The notes under the pieces: model-generated | The model's input: the letters and a program-made list of their open reading frames with translations, nothing else | Databases searched by the model: none | What the model was told of the DNA's origin: nothing | Shown here: piece after piece, positions 24,201 to 37,813 of the stretch | Layout: each line of letters starts with the position of its first letter | Numbering within the stretch: position 1 is the first letter of the stretch | Source: Eledone cirrhosa | Lineage: Eukaryota | DNA length: 64,000 bases | NCBI GenBank assembly: GCA_964016885.1 | Contig: OZ024751.1 | Location: 30,008,001-30,072,000 of the forward strand | Reading direction: 5' to 3' | Translations under genes and position numbers: made by a program

Positions 24201-26624
24201 ATATACACACACTCCCATATATTATCATGCATGTGTGCATGGTAATATATGTGTGTATATATATATATATACACACACACTCACATATATTATCATGCAT
24301 GTGTGCATGTGTGTGCATGCAGTATATTCTAGATAGACAGCATTTAAGTATTTGTTATAATTTTTAGAGACCTGGCAGTCCCTTGAGATACACAGTACAT
24401 GCATATGTTTGTGTGTGTGTGTGTTTGTGTGTGTCTCTATATGCATGTATGTTTATATACATCATATATATACATGTATGTATGTATTTATATATGTACG
24501 TGAAAAAATACACATATATGTATATGTACACACACATATAAATGTGTGTCTGTATATGCATGTATTTTTGTGTAAGTGTATATATGTTTGTGTTTGTATG
24601 TATGCAAAACTATATATATATATATACCTTTGTCTGTCTGTATTTGTGTGTGTATGCATATATGTTTGTATATATGTACATATGTGAGACAATGTATATA
24701 TAAATATACATATATACATATATACATATCTGTACCTGAATATTTCTGCCATTCACTGATTTATCAGTGTTTGTTTATCCGTCTTTGTAGGAAATTATTC
24801 CATGGTAAGATAGCATGACTCTATCATTCCATACAGGTTCAATAAATAGGAGAGATTTATTGATTAATTGTCGATTAATTGGCAGAAAAGATAAATGAAT
24901 TGCTCTGTAATTCAGAGATTATCATAGCAAGGTGTCTCTTCTTCCCCCCCCCAAATTTAGCTGTCTCGTTATTATTTTCCTCTCCTAGTTTTATTAAAAA
25001 TAAAATCACTTCATTTATTATCTCTGTTAGTCTTTAATATGCTACGTGATGCATTTGTCTGATTAACCCTTTTATTACCATATTTCTAATGAAAGATATA
25101 CTACCTATATTTATGATCGTCAAATAATTTTGAAACCAATGAAGTATATCAAAGGATTTACTAATATATCTAACTGTTTCATTATATTTTTCGGAAATTA
25201 TGATAAATATAAAAACTTTTCATAACCATATTTCTAATAAAAACACTGATTGAAATAATTTTGAAAATAATCGTGAATTTGGAAAGTTTCAGTAACATAA
25301 CTAATTTTTTCATTATTCGTTTAGTGTTTGGAACAAAAGTTCTTATATAAAATTATGATGGGTAGTTTTTAGATAAATATGCATGTTTTTTTTTTATATT
25401 AGATAGTTTTGTATCATAGAACCAGAGATTGTTTCAGGTGGTTGGATATTAAAATTATTAAGAATAATTTCTGGTTTATAAATATATAATTGTTTCCTGT
25501 TTACTTCGTAAATCTCCAAATTTATTTCGTAAATATCCAGTAGATACTGCCTGATTTCTCCCAAAATATTTAAAATATATTTTGTTTCTGCTATGCTGCT
25601 ATTAGAATGTATTAAATTCATAACTTAAATTCACTCCACTCTAAACATATGTAAGTTGGTAATGTAATTAGTAAAGTCATTAATTCTTTGATAAACATAT
25701 TTGTAATCAAAGACACTGCTTTCGATTTTCAAATCATTTTGAAAATAATCCAGAATTTGGAGGGATTTAGTAATAAAACTTTGCTTTTCATCCATTTGAG
25801 ATCGATAAAAAAAGGTACCAGTCTAGTACTGAGATCAATTCTTCCTCTATATCTCTTTCTTAGTTTCATTTTCCCACTCTCTATCCTTCTCTGAAAGAAA
25901 TCTGTTGTACCCAGACCCTCATTTGAAAAGAGGGTTATAGCTCTGAAATATCATGTTGAAATATACTGGGTTACATTGTTTTGTTTTATTTGTCACCATT
26001 GACCCTTTATATGTTTCTACCACATTGTAGTAGCTTTCAGTTATTTAATAAAATATAGTATTTAGCAAAGATGATCAAAAGCTCAATTACATCCAACGGG
26101 GGGGGGGGGGGGGTAGACTTAATCTGTCACTCAGTTTAGTGTCATTCACCTGACCCTTAGGGGGCTTCAACAGAGTCCATTCTGTTGCAAGCATTTAAGC
26201 CAGGTCTCCAGTTAGAGGGTACCTGCTTCCACTCTTCCTTCTTCTACTGTGACTGGACTTGGAAGCACTGAAAAGAGTCATGTGTATATCTTCTTTCACC
26301 CTTCCCTCTCGTCAGTCTTAGAAGCCCTGTAAAGGGTCATGAAGATGCCTTCTTCCACCCTTCCCTCCCATTTGTCTTGGAAGCCCTGAAGAGGATCATG
26401 AACCCTGCCCTTCTCTTCCTCATTAAATAGTAATTTATCTCTTATCACCCTGCGATGATTTAAGCTGAAAATATCTAAAAACTCATTAATTCAAATGTTT
26501 ATAGTTTCTTTATGAGTGAACAGATCATTGTGAAAATTTGCAGTATTTGAGGAAAGAGTTTAACTTTTAATGTAATACAAAGTTCTGTTTTATACTTATC
26601 AAGAATTTCTTGCTAATTCAATCT

Positions 26625-26885
26625 TCTCTCAACTCATTTAAGCTTTGTCATTTATGCCATCACATGTCCATACCAGTGCAGTCTCTTCTCCTGCACACTA
26701 CATCTGATTCCTCTTATACCCAGCTTTTCTCTCTCAACTCATCTATACTTTGTTAATGTGCATTCATGCACATTAACATTGCATTTCCATCAAAGCATAC
26801 TTGCTTTATTTATCTCCAGCCTTTGCATATCCCTCTGCTTTCAATGTCCATGTTTCACTACCATGTAATGTTACACATCACACAA
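26625..26885 (-). mobile_element. Old RTE LINE ORF fragment
   Basis: LHGSETWTL..., REKLGIRGIRCSVQEKRLHWYGHVM; parallels 56570-56790. Confidence 0.8.
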
Positions 26886-27755
26886 AATACCTTTTGGTTT
26901 TTGTTCCAGATCCCTCTATAATGATGTAAAGGACATAATATAGTTACTTCCCTTGTATCTACTCTCTCGTTTCTCCTACCAGATTTATATTTTTATGCTA
27001 AATCCCCCTCACCTTTTTTTAAATGGTTACATCATGAATTGAACTGAGAAATGTTACGTTTCATTTAAATACATACATACACGTTCATATAGACATAGAC
27101 TCATATATAAACCTATACAATCATACATATACATAGACACATGTACATACATAATACCTACCTACCTACATACATATACACATATATACATGCATTGACA
27201 TGCATAAATATACAGACAATTTATTGCCCATACATGCACACACAGTTAAATGCCACACAATTATATACATACATATACACTTGTGCATGTATACACACAC
27301 ATACACACAAATAGAAATTGAAGGTATCCATACTCACGTTAGCAAAGCTGTGAAAGACACACAAACACACAGACACACAGATATACACACAACACACACA
27401 CACAGATATACACACAACACACACACACAGATATACACACAAAACACACACACAGACACACAGACATACACACAACACACACACACAGACACACAGATAT
27501 ACACACAACACAAACACACAGACACACAGATATACACACAACACAGACACACAGACATACACACAACACACACAAACACACATAGAATTACATTCCACCT
27601 AATTATGTACATACATGCAACACATACACTGATATATCCACCCGCATACTACACACAAATGTGCACACACACATACATGCACACACACATACATGCACAC
27701 ACACATACATGCACACACACATACATGCACACACACATACATGCACACACACATA

Positions 27756-28646
27756 CAGGGTGCGGACGATATTTGTTTGCAAGATTACTGTCTAGGAAAA
27801 AATAACACAGTAGTTTTATTTTTTAAGATATATTTATCAAACTTGGGTCAGTTTCTCTTCATGACTTGTTCTTTCGATCTCACTCGATAAACCCGCCATT
27901 GGCTTTGATGACGGCCTCAAGGCGGCCTCAGAAACGGCTACAGGCCTTCGTAACTGTCCCCCAACTTAGGCCTCTAAAGGCACTTGTGATCCTGGCCTTC
28001 AGATCGTCTTTCGTATTGCAGCTAGATCTGTTGGTGTCTCGTTCCACTGCGCCCCGCACAAAGAAGTCGAGGGGTTGCAGTCAGGAGAGCTGGGAGGCCA
28101 GATGTCAGGTGAAGTGTTGTCGACAAAGTTCTCTGACAGCCAGGCTTGGGTCTTTCGGCTGGTATGACAGGGCGCTGAGTCTTGCTGCCACACGTACGGC
28201 CTACCTGCAGCTACCTGGTAAATCCAGGGCTTTACTACCTCGCTCAGAACGCGGATGTAGCCATCAGTGTTCAGCTTGAGGCCCTCAGGGAAGAAGTGAG
28301 GTGGCATAACGTCACCTTGACTGCTGACGACACCTAAGACCAATGTTGTCGCCACAAACTTTGTCTGCATAACTATGGGCATGTCTTTGGATGAGACAGC
28401 GAGCCACCTGTTGTTCTGGGAGTTGATCTTCTGGTCTTATTTGTCCTCCCGGCGCGGATTCCAAGAAGAACTCCGTGTCTCTTCCACAAATTTGGAGGCT
28501 CAAAATTATTCATAATCAATTATTCTGAAAATAAATAATGAAAATATAGTAACTGTTTTTATGAAGACAAGAGTGACAATGGAAGTAAAAATAATTTGCA
28601 TAAAATTAGCAGTTGAAGATTGTGAACAAATATCGTCCGCACTCTG
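27756..28646 (-). mobile_element. Tc1/mariner (DD37D maT-type) transposon, internally deleted, 891 bp
   Basis: TIRs CAGGGTGCGGACGATATTTGTT / CAGAGTGCGGACGATATTTGTT (21/22); TA TSD at 27754-55 and 28647-48; inserted in a (CA)-rich tract. Confidence 0.92.
27880..28513 (-). pseudogene. Disrupted DD37D transposase
   Basis: MNNFEPPNLWKRHGVLLGIRAGRTN / deletion at ~28436 / DQKINSQNNRWLAV...WQQDSAPCHTS...WPPSSPDCNP(fs)LDFFV...ANGGFIE*. There are 37 residues between the second and third Asp. Confidence 0.88.
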
Positions 28647-29968
28647 TACATGCACACACACACATGCATTCTCTTACACCATCTGCAGTATTTCCCAATA
28701 TTAAATGACAAGGTTTGGTAACATTTTCTGCAAGCTCCCTTTAAGGGTTGGCATCACCTTTAATGCTGGGTAGGGTAGGGCAAGAATTTCAAGGACTTTC
28801 CTGACCCAGCTGGAAATATTTTGATACTAAACATCCACATATGACAGCAAAATCTTTCTACACACATGCACAAAGACACACACATATACACATCAGATTT
28901 GAATATATATATATTTATGTATATATATGTGTCTGTATATATTTATAGATACATATATTTATATATATATATATATGTATGTACATATAGAAAACATACA
29001 CACAACATATATACACATATACAAACATACCTTTGTATGTATAACATACATAGATACATTCACTCATATATCCATATATATAATGCATACACATATACAA
29101 ACATAAACACACACACACATACAGAAATATACATGCATATATATAATTATATATACATACACACATATAACACTTATACGCACATACACATATACAAACA
29201 TAAATACACACACATATTTTACATACATCCATATAACATACACCCATACACACATACTCACATATACATACACATATACAAACATAAGCATACACAGATT
29301 TTACATACATCCATATAACATACATCCATTATATACACATATAACATATAACACATATACACACATACACATATGCAAACATAAACACACATATTATTAT
29401 TACATACATCCACATAACACAGACCCATACTTACATATATAACACATATACACATATACAAACACACACACATATTACATACATGCATATAACATATACC
29501 CATATACCCATACACCCATTTATAACACATATACACACATACCATTGACATGGCTGTCTGAACTGTATTTAAGCTTGTTAAAATAATTTCCTTTTATTCT
29601 TCTATTTGTTACGACAGCCTCACAACATTTATGAATATGAAAAAGTAAATAGACTTGATTTTATAATCTCATTTCCCCGTCTCCATTAAAGTATAAATTA
29701 AATAAATGAATACATATATATATGTGTATATATTGTGTGTAATTATATATATATATATGCGTGTGTGTGTGTTTATATATATTTATATATATATTTGTGT
29801 GTGTGTGCGTGGGTGTGTGTATATATATATACACACACACAAATATATATATATATATATATTTATTAAAATTTATTATTATTACTATATATAGAAATAC
29901 ATATATATATATATATATATATATTTATTAAAATTTATTATTATTACTATATATATATATATAAATAC

Positions 29969-30001
<33 letters not shown>

Positions 30002-30016
30002 AATATATATAAATAC

Positions 30017-30051
<35 letters not shown>

Positions 30052-30242
30052 AATATATATAAATACATACATATATATATATATAAATACATACATATAT
30101 AAATACATATATATATATAAATACATATATATATATTAATATAAATACACACATATATATATATATATATAAATACATATATATATATATATATTTATAT
30201 TAATATAAATACACACATATATATATATATATATATATAAAT

Positions 30243-30322
<80 letters not shown>

Positions 30323-30710
30323 TCTTAACTGCCTGTCTCTTTTTTTCATTTGTCTTTTTATTTTTCTAAACTTTTCAGCATTTATGAATGAATTAAAATT
30401 CATCATTGAACAAGAATTACGTAGCTGTTGCATTTTAAAATAGTGTGGTGTTAACCCACGTGAAAGATATTTTGTTCTATAGAATATTGTAGACTTGGAG
30501 AATAATTCTACATTTTAAATTATTATTAAAATGAATTAATACAACAGCTGAAAGTATAATAATGTTTTTCATACACAACAAATTTTCAGAGTTGTTAGAA
30601 AATAGAACAAAAATATTTGTTGTATTGGTAGCATATTGCATAGATGTGGAGAATAATTCTATATTTAAAATTAATTAATTCATTAGCTTTAAAGATTGTC
30701 TATAGCCCAA

Positions 30711-31186
30711 AGGCTCATTAGGCCAGTGTTTATCCTGGTTTCCCTCTCATTAAGCAACTAAGAGTAGAAGACTTCCCCCTGGACAGGATACCAGTCCATT
30801 GCTGCTTTCAAGTTTCATTAAGCCAGCGTTTATCCTGGTTTCGCTGTCATTAAGCAACTGAGAGTAGAAGACTTCCCCCTGGACAGGATGCTAGTCCATC
30901 GCAAGGTTAAAGTCTGTCTCAAGCTCAGAGGCTCATCAGGCTGGTGCTTATTCCAGTTTCTGTGGCATTAAGCAACTGAGAGTACAAAACTTCCCCCTGG
31001 ACAAGATGCCAGTCCCTCAAAAGCTTAAACCCCCGTTATCTATGCTAGTACTTATTTTTTGACCTGAGTATACTGGAGCAATGTGAAATGAAGTGTTTTG
31101 CTCAAGAACAGAACACACAACCCAGTCCGGGAACCAAACCCACAACATGATGATCCAACACGCTTACCACATGGCCACACACCTCC
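30711..31186 (-). mobile_element. tRNA-derived CORE-type SINE (family D) with triplicated 3' module
   Basis: Head GGAGGTGTGTGGCCATGTGG and CORE-like CTTGAGCAAAACACTTCATTTCACATTGCTCC. The 3' module (ACTTCCCCCTGGACA on + strand) recurs at ~30771, 30871 and 30990. Confidence 0.75.
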
Positions 31187-31384
31187 ATAATTCATTAGCT
31201 GACAGTATAATATTGAGTGCTTAGAAGATCAGATAGAACATTGTGTGGCATTTGTTCCTTCTGCCTGATCTCAGTTCAAATTCTGCCAAGGTCAATTTTG
31301 CTATTCATCATTTTGAGATTGATAAAAAATGTACAATATGTGCCACATATATTGATCAGGCATTAACAAGAAAATAATATAATA

Positions 31385-32085
31385 ACGGTTTCTGATTTAG
31401 ACACAAGGCCAAAAATTTGGAGCGGAGAAAAGTCAATTAAATTGACCCCAGTGTATTACTGGTGCTTTATTTTATCAACCCTGTAAGGATGGAAGGCAAA
31501 GCTAACTTTGGTGGGATCTGAACTCAGATTGCAAAGAGTCAGAACGAATGCCACAAAGCATTTTGTCCAATGCTCTAATGACTCTGCCTAACCTATCCAC
31601 TGCCTTGTATACTAATAACAGTTAGAAATAATAATAATTATAATTATAGTAATAACAGGTTCTGATTTAGGCACAAGTCCTGGGGAAAGGAAAGTTGATT
31701 AAATTGACCCCAGTGCATTACTGGTGCTTTATTTTAACGACTTTGTAAGGATGAAAGTCAAAGTTAACCTCGAAGGGATTTGAACTCAGAATGTAAAGGG
31801 ACATAACTATATACTGCAAAGCAAAATGTCTGATGCTCTAACGACTCTGCCTATCCATTGCCCGCTATACTAATAATAGTAAGAAATAATTGTTTCTACT
31901 TTAGGCACAGAGCCAGCAATTTGAATGGGGGGGGGGGGGGGAAAGGCGATTATATCAACCCCAGTGCTGTAAGGATGAAAGGCAAAGCTAACCTCGGCGG
32001 GATTTGAACTCAGATCATAAAGGGAGGTAACTCTATGCTTCAAAGCATGGCGTCCGACCCTCTACCGACACTGCCAATCTACAAA
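31385..32085 (-). mobile_element. Three head-to-tail SINE family B copies separated by (TAA)n
   Basis: Copies at ~31385-31605, 31655-31870 and 31888-32082. Confidence 0.85.
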
Positions 32086-32162
32086 TAATAATAATTGTAG
32101 TTTATAAATATGAAAGAAATATTGCATCATCTACCTCTCTCTGTCTCCCCTTCTTTCTCTTC

Positions 32163-32218
<56 letters not shown>

Positions 32219-32290
32219 ATATGTGTGTATATGTATATATGTATATGTATGTATATATATATGTATATGTATATATATATATTATGTATG

Positions 32291-32329
<39 letters not shown>

Positions 32330-32385
32330 TATGTATATATGTGTATATATATATATATATATTTATATGTATGTATATGTATATA

Positions 32386-32420
<35 letters not shown>

Positions 32421-32729
32421 GTGTATATATATATATATATTTATATGTATGTATATGTATATATATATGTATGTATGTGTGTATATATATATATATGTGT
32501 ATATATGTATATGTATATAAAATCACCCTCTCTCTTCCTGTACCTCTCACCCCCTCTCTTTCCCTCACTCTCCTCTCACCCCCTCTCTGCCCCACTGTTA
32601 ATGTGCAGAAGTGGTACATCTGTCATCATAAATTAAGACGACACAGTCGTTAATAATTCAATCAGTTTGTCACACATGACTGACTAATGGATGGTTCTAA
32701 TGAATTATACTAAAGATCATTTGTTAGAC

Positions 32730-33370
32730 CTGCTGTTACTGTTATTGTTGTTACTGTTGCTGTTGTTACTGTTGTTGTTGTTACTGTTGTCAGTGTTGTT
32801 ATGGTTGTTGTTGCTGTTGTTGTTGTTACTGTTGTTGTTACTGTTGTTGTTGTTAGTGTTGTTCTAACTGTTGCTGTTACTGTTGTTGTTACTGTTGTTG
32901 CTGTTGTTGTTGTTACTGTTGCTGTTGTTACTGTTGTTGTTACTGTTGCTGTTGTTGCTGTTACAATTGATGCGTTACTGTTGTTGCTGTACCTGTTGTT
33001 GTTACTGTTGTTGTTACTTTTGTTGCTGTTACATTTGTTGTTGTTACTGTTGTTGTTACTGTTGTTGTTGTTATAATTGTTACTGTTACTGTTGTTGTTA
33101 CTTTTTTTTTGTTACTGTTGTTGTTACTGTTGTTGTTGTTACTGTTTTTTCTTGTTGCTGTTTCGTTAGTGCTGTTGTTATTGTTTCTGTTGTTGCTAAT
33201 GTTGGTGTCATTGCTGTTGTCATTGTGCTATTGTTGCTGTTATTGTTCCTGTTGTTGTTGTCTCTGTTGCTGTTATTACTACTGTTGTTGTTGTCTCTGT
33301 TGCTGTTATTACTACTACTACTGTTGTTGTTGTTGTCTCTGTTGCTGTTATTACTACTACTACTGTTGTT
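32730..33370. repeat. (GTT/ACT)n compound microsatellite
   Basis: Direct inspection. Confidence 0.9.
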
Positions 33371-33656
33371 GTGAGGACGGCAAGGGAGACGCGCTGGAAA
33401 AGCCATTCCAACTCGCGAGGTTCACACCTGCAACTGGCCAGCTCAGCGCCTATGGTGGTGAGTAGGGAGGTAGCCCTAGGGCTGAGGACACCAGAAGCCT
33501 CCACTGCCAAGGGTACAACCGCAAACCTGTCAGAGAGCGACCGGTATTTGGAGAGTTTGCCTGCTCAACCCGACATGCAGCAGAACCTGGGTTAGTCGTA
33601 GACTGCACCAGGTTGCAGCTGGAGAAAGTGCCGCTGCAAGTGGCATCCCAGACAAC
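33371..33656 (-). mobile_element. CRE-like non-LTR retrotransposon, restriction-like endonuclease C-terminal fragment
   Basis: VVWDATCSGTFSSCNLVQSTTNPGSAACRVEQ(fs)KLSKYRSLSDRFAVVPLAVEASGVLSPRATSLLTTIGAELASCRCEPRELEWLFQRVSLAV. This fits the WD.T...K..KY...P.A.E..G...FQR.S.AV pattern of CRE-type RLE domains. Confidence 0.75.
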
Positions 33657-34066
33657 TGTAATAGAATTGAAAACATTTCTCTAGCATCTTAATTCACACT
33701 TTCTTTTGACTCATGTTATATATTGTTGTCATATAAGGCTGCCTTTTCATTGATATTGCTTCTTTCTCTGATGACACAGGAATGAGCAGAATTAATATCA
33801 AATTATTTGAGTCAATGCTCAGATTATAATATATGGACACAACTTAGACAAAGTTTTTCACTATTTGGGTTTTTCATATAGGTTTTGATCATTTTGTAGA
33901 AACATGGGTCAGAAGGATAAGATGAATTAATTTTTCATCATTACCTTTTTCTACATTATGTATATATATTTACACACACTCACAACTCTACAACAGTGAA
34001 CCAATTTCTTGTGTTGTGAGTGTTGCTTGAGCTAATGTTTCTTTTGTATAACGAAGACTTTGATGA

Positions 34067-34116
<50 letters not shown>

Positions 34117-34119
<3 letters not shown>

Positions 34120-34297
34120 TGGTAGAACACTGGAAGGTAATATCCGTAGTGGTAGAGCACTCAGTCCATGGGACGAGTTAGGTAGAAGTGGTTACACAAC
34201 AGTTAGTTCACCATACCGAGAACAATTGTTTCACCTTAGCGGATCCTCAGGTGAAACAATTGTTCTCGGTATTGTGAACTAACTGTTGTGTAACCAC

Positions 34298-34302
<5 letters not shown>
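34117..34302 (-). mobile_element. Fold-back relic, family H2, second copy, intact hammerhead core on - strand
   Basis: 54-bp arms (34183-34236 / 34249-34302); minus strand CTGAGGA-TCCGCTAAGGT-GAAA-CAATTG-TT-CTCGGTA (34250 to ~34214); in (TA)n. Confidence 0.72.
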
Positions 34303-34360
<58 letters not shown>

Positions 34361-34425
34361 GATATATACATATATATATATACATATATATATATATACA
34401 TATATATAAACATATATATATATAC

Positions 34426-34510
<85 letters not shown>

Positions 34511-35396
34511 AGCAAGACAACCACTCTTGCCTCAAGTGGGAAAACTCCCATCCAAACCCATGCAAGCGTGGAAGATGGACGTTAAACGATGATGATGATG
34601 ATACACACACACACATATATACACACACTCAGAAATAGAGTGCGGCAGATAGAGAATCAGTACTACTTGATATTACATATATATCAACTTATATAAAAAC
34701 TATACATCTGCATTTGATCATATATATATATATGACATTTGTACATTATTCTATGTACTATACATGCACCTTTGATGAGTTGTAGTGCACCTGAGCACTG
34801 TACACAATAATTTCATTATTATTATTATTATTATATATATTTATTAAAATCTCTCTCTATATATATATACGAGTGTGTATATATATATATATAATATACA
34901 ATATATATATGAGTGTGTATGTGTGTGTGTATATATATATAATATACAATATATGTATAAGTGTGTATGTGTGTGTATATATATATAATATTTAATATAC
35001 ATGAGTGTGCATGTGTGTGTGTGTATATATAATATATATATATATTATCATCATCCACATACACTAATCATTTCATTTCTACACATCGTAATGTTGATCC
35101 TACACGCAGTGCTATACAGAGCTAAATATATCAGAATTGCTAGATTGGCAGTTTTTATGGCATAATTCCAAAACTTTTGCCTTTTACTTCCATGTTTGGT
35201 CATAGTAATGTAGGTTGGATCATTGTTTTGTTTACAGGGTTTATCATACATACATGTGTGTATATATATGTGCGTGCGTGTGTCTGTGTGTGCATATATA
35301 TATATATGTATATGTGCGTGCGTGTGTGTGTATATATATATATATATATGCGTGCATGTGTGTGTGTATATATATATGTGTGTGCGTGTGTGTATA

Positions 35397-35427
<31 letters not shown>

Positions 35428-35507
35428 CCATATATGTATATATAGTAAACATTTTCAGGGTAAATTTTAAAATTTCATTCGCTTCCTGAGACATTTCTTT
35501 TGATATG

Positions 35508-35559
<52 letters not shown>

Positions 35560-36142
35560 AATTTATATATATGTGTGTGTGTGAGAGACAGAGAAAGTGA
35601 CTGTGTGTGAGTGTATATGTATACATGTATATGTGTGTATATATATATATATCAACATTTGTTGATACTTATATAATTATCTACTTATACCATCATCATC
35701 ATCATCCTTTTAACATCCATTTTTCCACTGTTGCAAAACTGGGATAAACATAGCATATATATATATGTGTGTGTGTATTTTATATTATATATGTATATAT
35801 ATATTTTATATATATGTATATATTTATATATATATATGAATATATATATGTATATTTTTTTTTTTTTAAAGAATAGAGGTGTGACACACGAGTTGTGATA
35901 TATTAGTGACTTTTGCTCTAATCTGGAGCAAAAATCACGAGCACTCTATCTCAAAATTATTTTTGAAAAGCATAAGAAATGCGCAACCGGTAAAATCTTA
36001 AAACTAAAACTGAATACTAACCAATACTTATTACTAACTAATACTTATTACTAATTTATACTTATTCCTAATTAAACTATTTTTCACTGGGAAAAATTTG
36101 TCAGCATTTTCTTTACCTTTTTACTAATATATATATATATAC

Positions 36143-36189
<47 letters not shown>

Positions 36190-36191
36190 TG

Positions 36192-36227
<36 letters not shown>

Positions 36228-36231
36228 TATA

Positions 36232-36432
36232 TAAGTTTATCCAGGGTTGAATCGGAGGTAACCACAGTATGTAAGGTACTCAATACATTGCAGAGTATAA
36301 ATATTTAATATAGAAAAGCTTCTACAGGACTAGAACTGTTTCATTTGTGAGAAATTATCAGGGAGCGCTTCCTGATGATTTCTTATGAATGAAATAGTTT
36401 TAGTTCTGTAGAAGCTTTTCTATATTAAACAT
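36232..36432. mobile_element. Fold-back Penelope-like relic (family H6)
   Basis: ~66-bp arms centred on AGC|GCT (36366/7); CTGATGA at 36372-78 and GAAA at 36391-94; related copy at 57088-57233. Confidence 0.65.
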
Positions 36433-37316
36433 ATATATATATATATGTGTGTGTGTATATATATAATATTCATAATATATATATATATATACACATAATA
36501 TATATATGTATATTGTGTGTATATACATATTATGTATATTATATAAATATACACATACACGCATATATATATTCCTGTATGTGTTTGTGCGTGTGTATAC
36601 TACAGTATATGCTGCTAAGACAGTGAGACGATATAATAGGCCAAGGGAAGTAAATCAGGCCTTGAGTGAGAATCCTGTGAAGCTATTAGCTCAAGGGTGT
36701 AAGATATTAGTGATGGTGGTGGTGGTGTTAGTGATGGTGGTGGTGGTGGTGGTGATGGTGGTGGTGATGGTGGTGGTGGTGGTGGTGATGGTGGTGGTGG
36801 TGGTAGTGATGGTGGTGGTGGTGGTAGTGATGGTGGTGTTAGTGATGGTGGTGGTGGTGGTGGTGATGGTGGTGGTGGTGTTAATGATGATGGTGGTGGT
36901 GTGGTGTTAGTGCTTTACTGATGGTAGTGGCAGTGCTAGTACTAGTGCTTTACTGATGGTGGTGGTGTTAGTGATGGTGTTGGTGCTGGTGGTACTGGTG
37001 CTGGTGTGAGTCTTTTACTGGTGGTGGTGGTGGTGGTGGTGCTGGTGTGAGTGTTTTACTGATGGTGGTGGTGGTGGTGTTAGTGATGGTGGTGGTAGTG
37101 GTGGTGTTGGTGGTGATGCTGGTGTGAATGTTTTACTGATGGTGGTGTTGGTGGTGTTAGTGGTGGTGGTGGTGTTAGTGACTGCTGAAAGGGTTACAGA
37201 CTGGTGAAGGGAAATTTCTATATCTATGTATTGACCAATATTAGTCTGAAGAGGTCAATACTCTATGTTCTGGTGGTGGTGGTGGGGTTTCATTTCTCCC
37301 CATTTACATATGTGTA

Positions 37317-37352
<36 letters not shown>

Positions 37353-37562
37353 CATATATATATATATATATGTATATATATATGCTAGCGTAGAAGATAT
37401 ATGTTAAACGATGATGATGATGATATATATATGGGTGTGTGTGTGTACATATATATATGTATGTATATATGGTGGATGTGTGTGTGTGTGTGTATATATA
37501 TATGTATGTATATATTTATGTGTGTGTATAAATATATATCTATATGCACTAATGTGCGTGTA

Positions 37563-37603
<41 letters not shown>

Positions 37604-37721
37604 CCATATATTTGTGCATATACATATATATTTATACACATACACACAGCACAGATGCATATATATATATATTGTGGGAGAGATGGGGTGAAAGAGAGAA
37701 TAAAGCATTGAATTCTTCAGG

Positions 37722-37813
<92 letters not shown>

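Noticed and set aside
25921-25955. Possible additional hammerhead (TTGAAAA-GAGG..CTCT-GAAA)
   Set aside because: Two core mismatches, no stem I, and no second copy in the window.
36606-36698. 93-nt possible + strand exon (YAAKTVRRYNRPREVNQALSENPVKLLAQG)
   Set aside because: Acceptor lacks a polypyrimidine tract and no homology was recognised; too weak to call.
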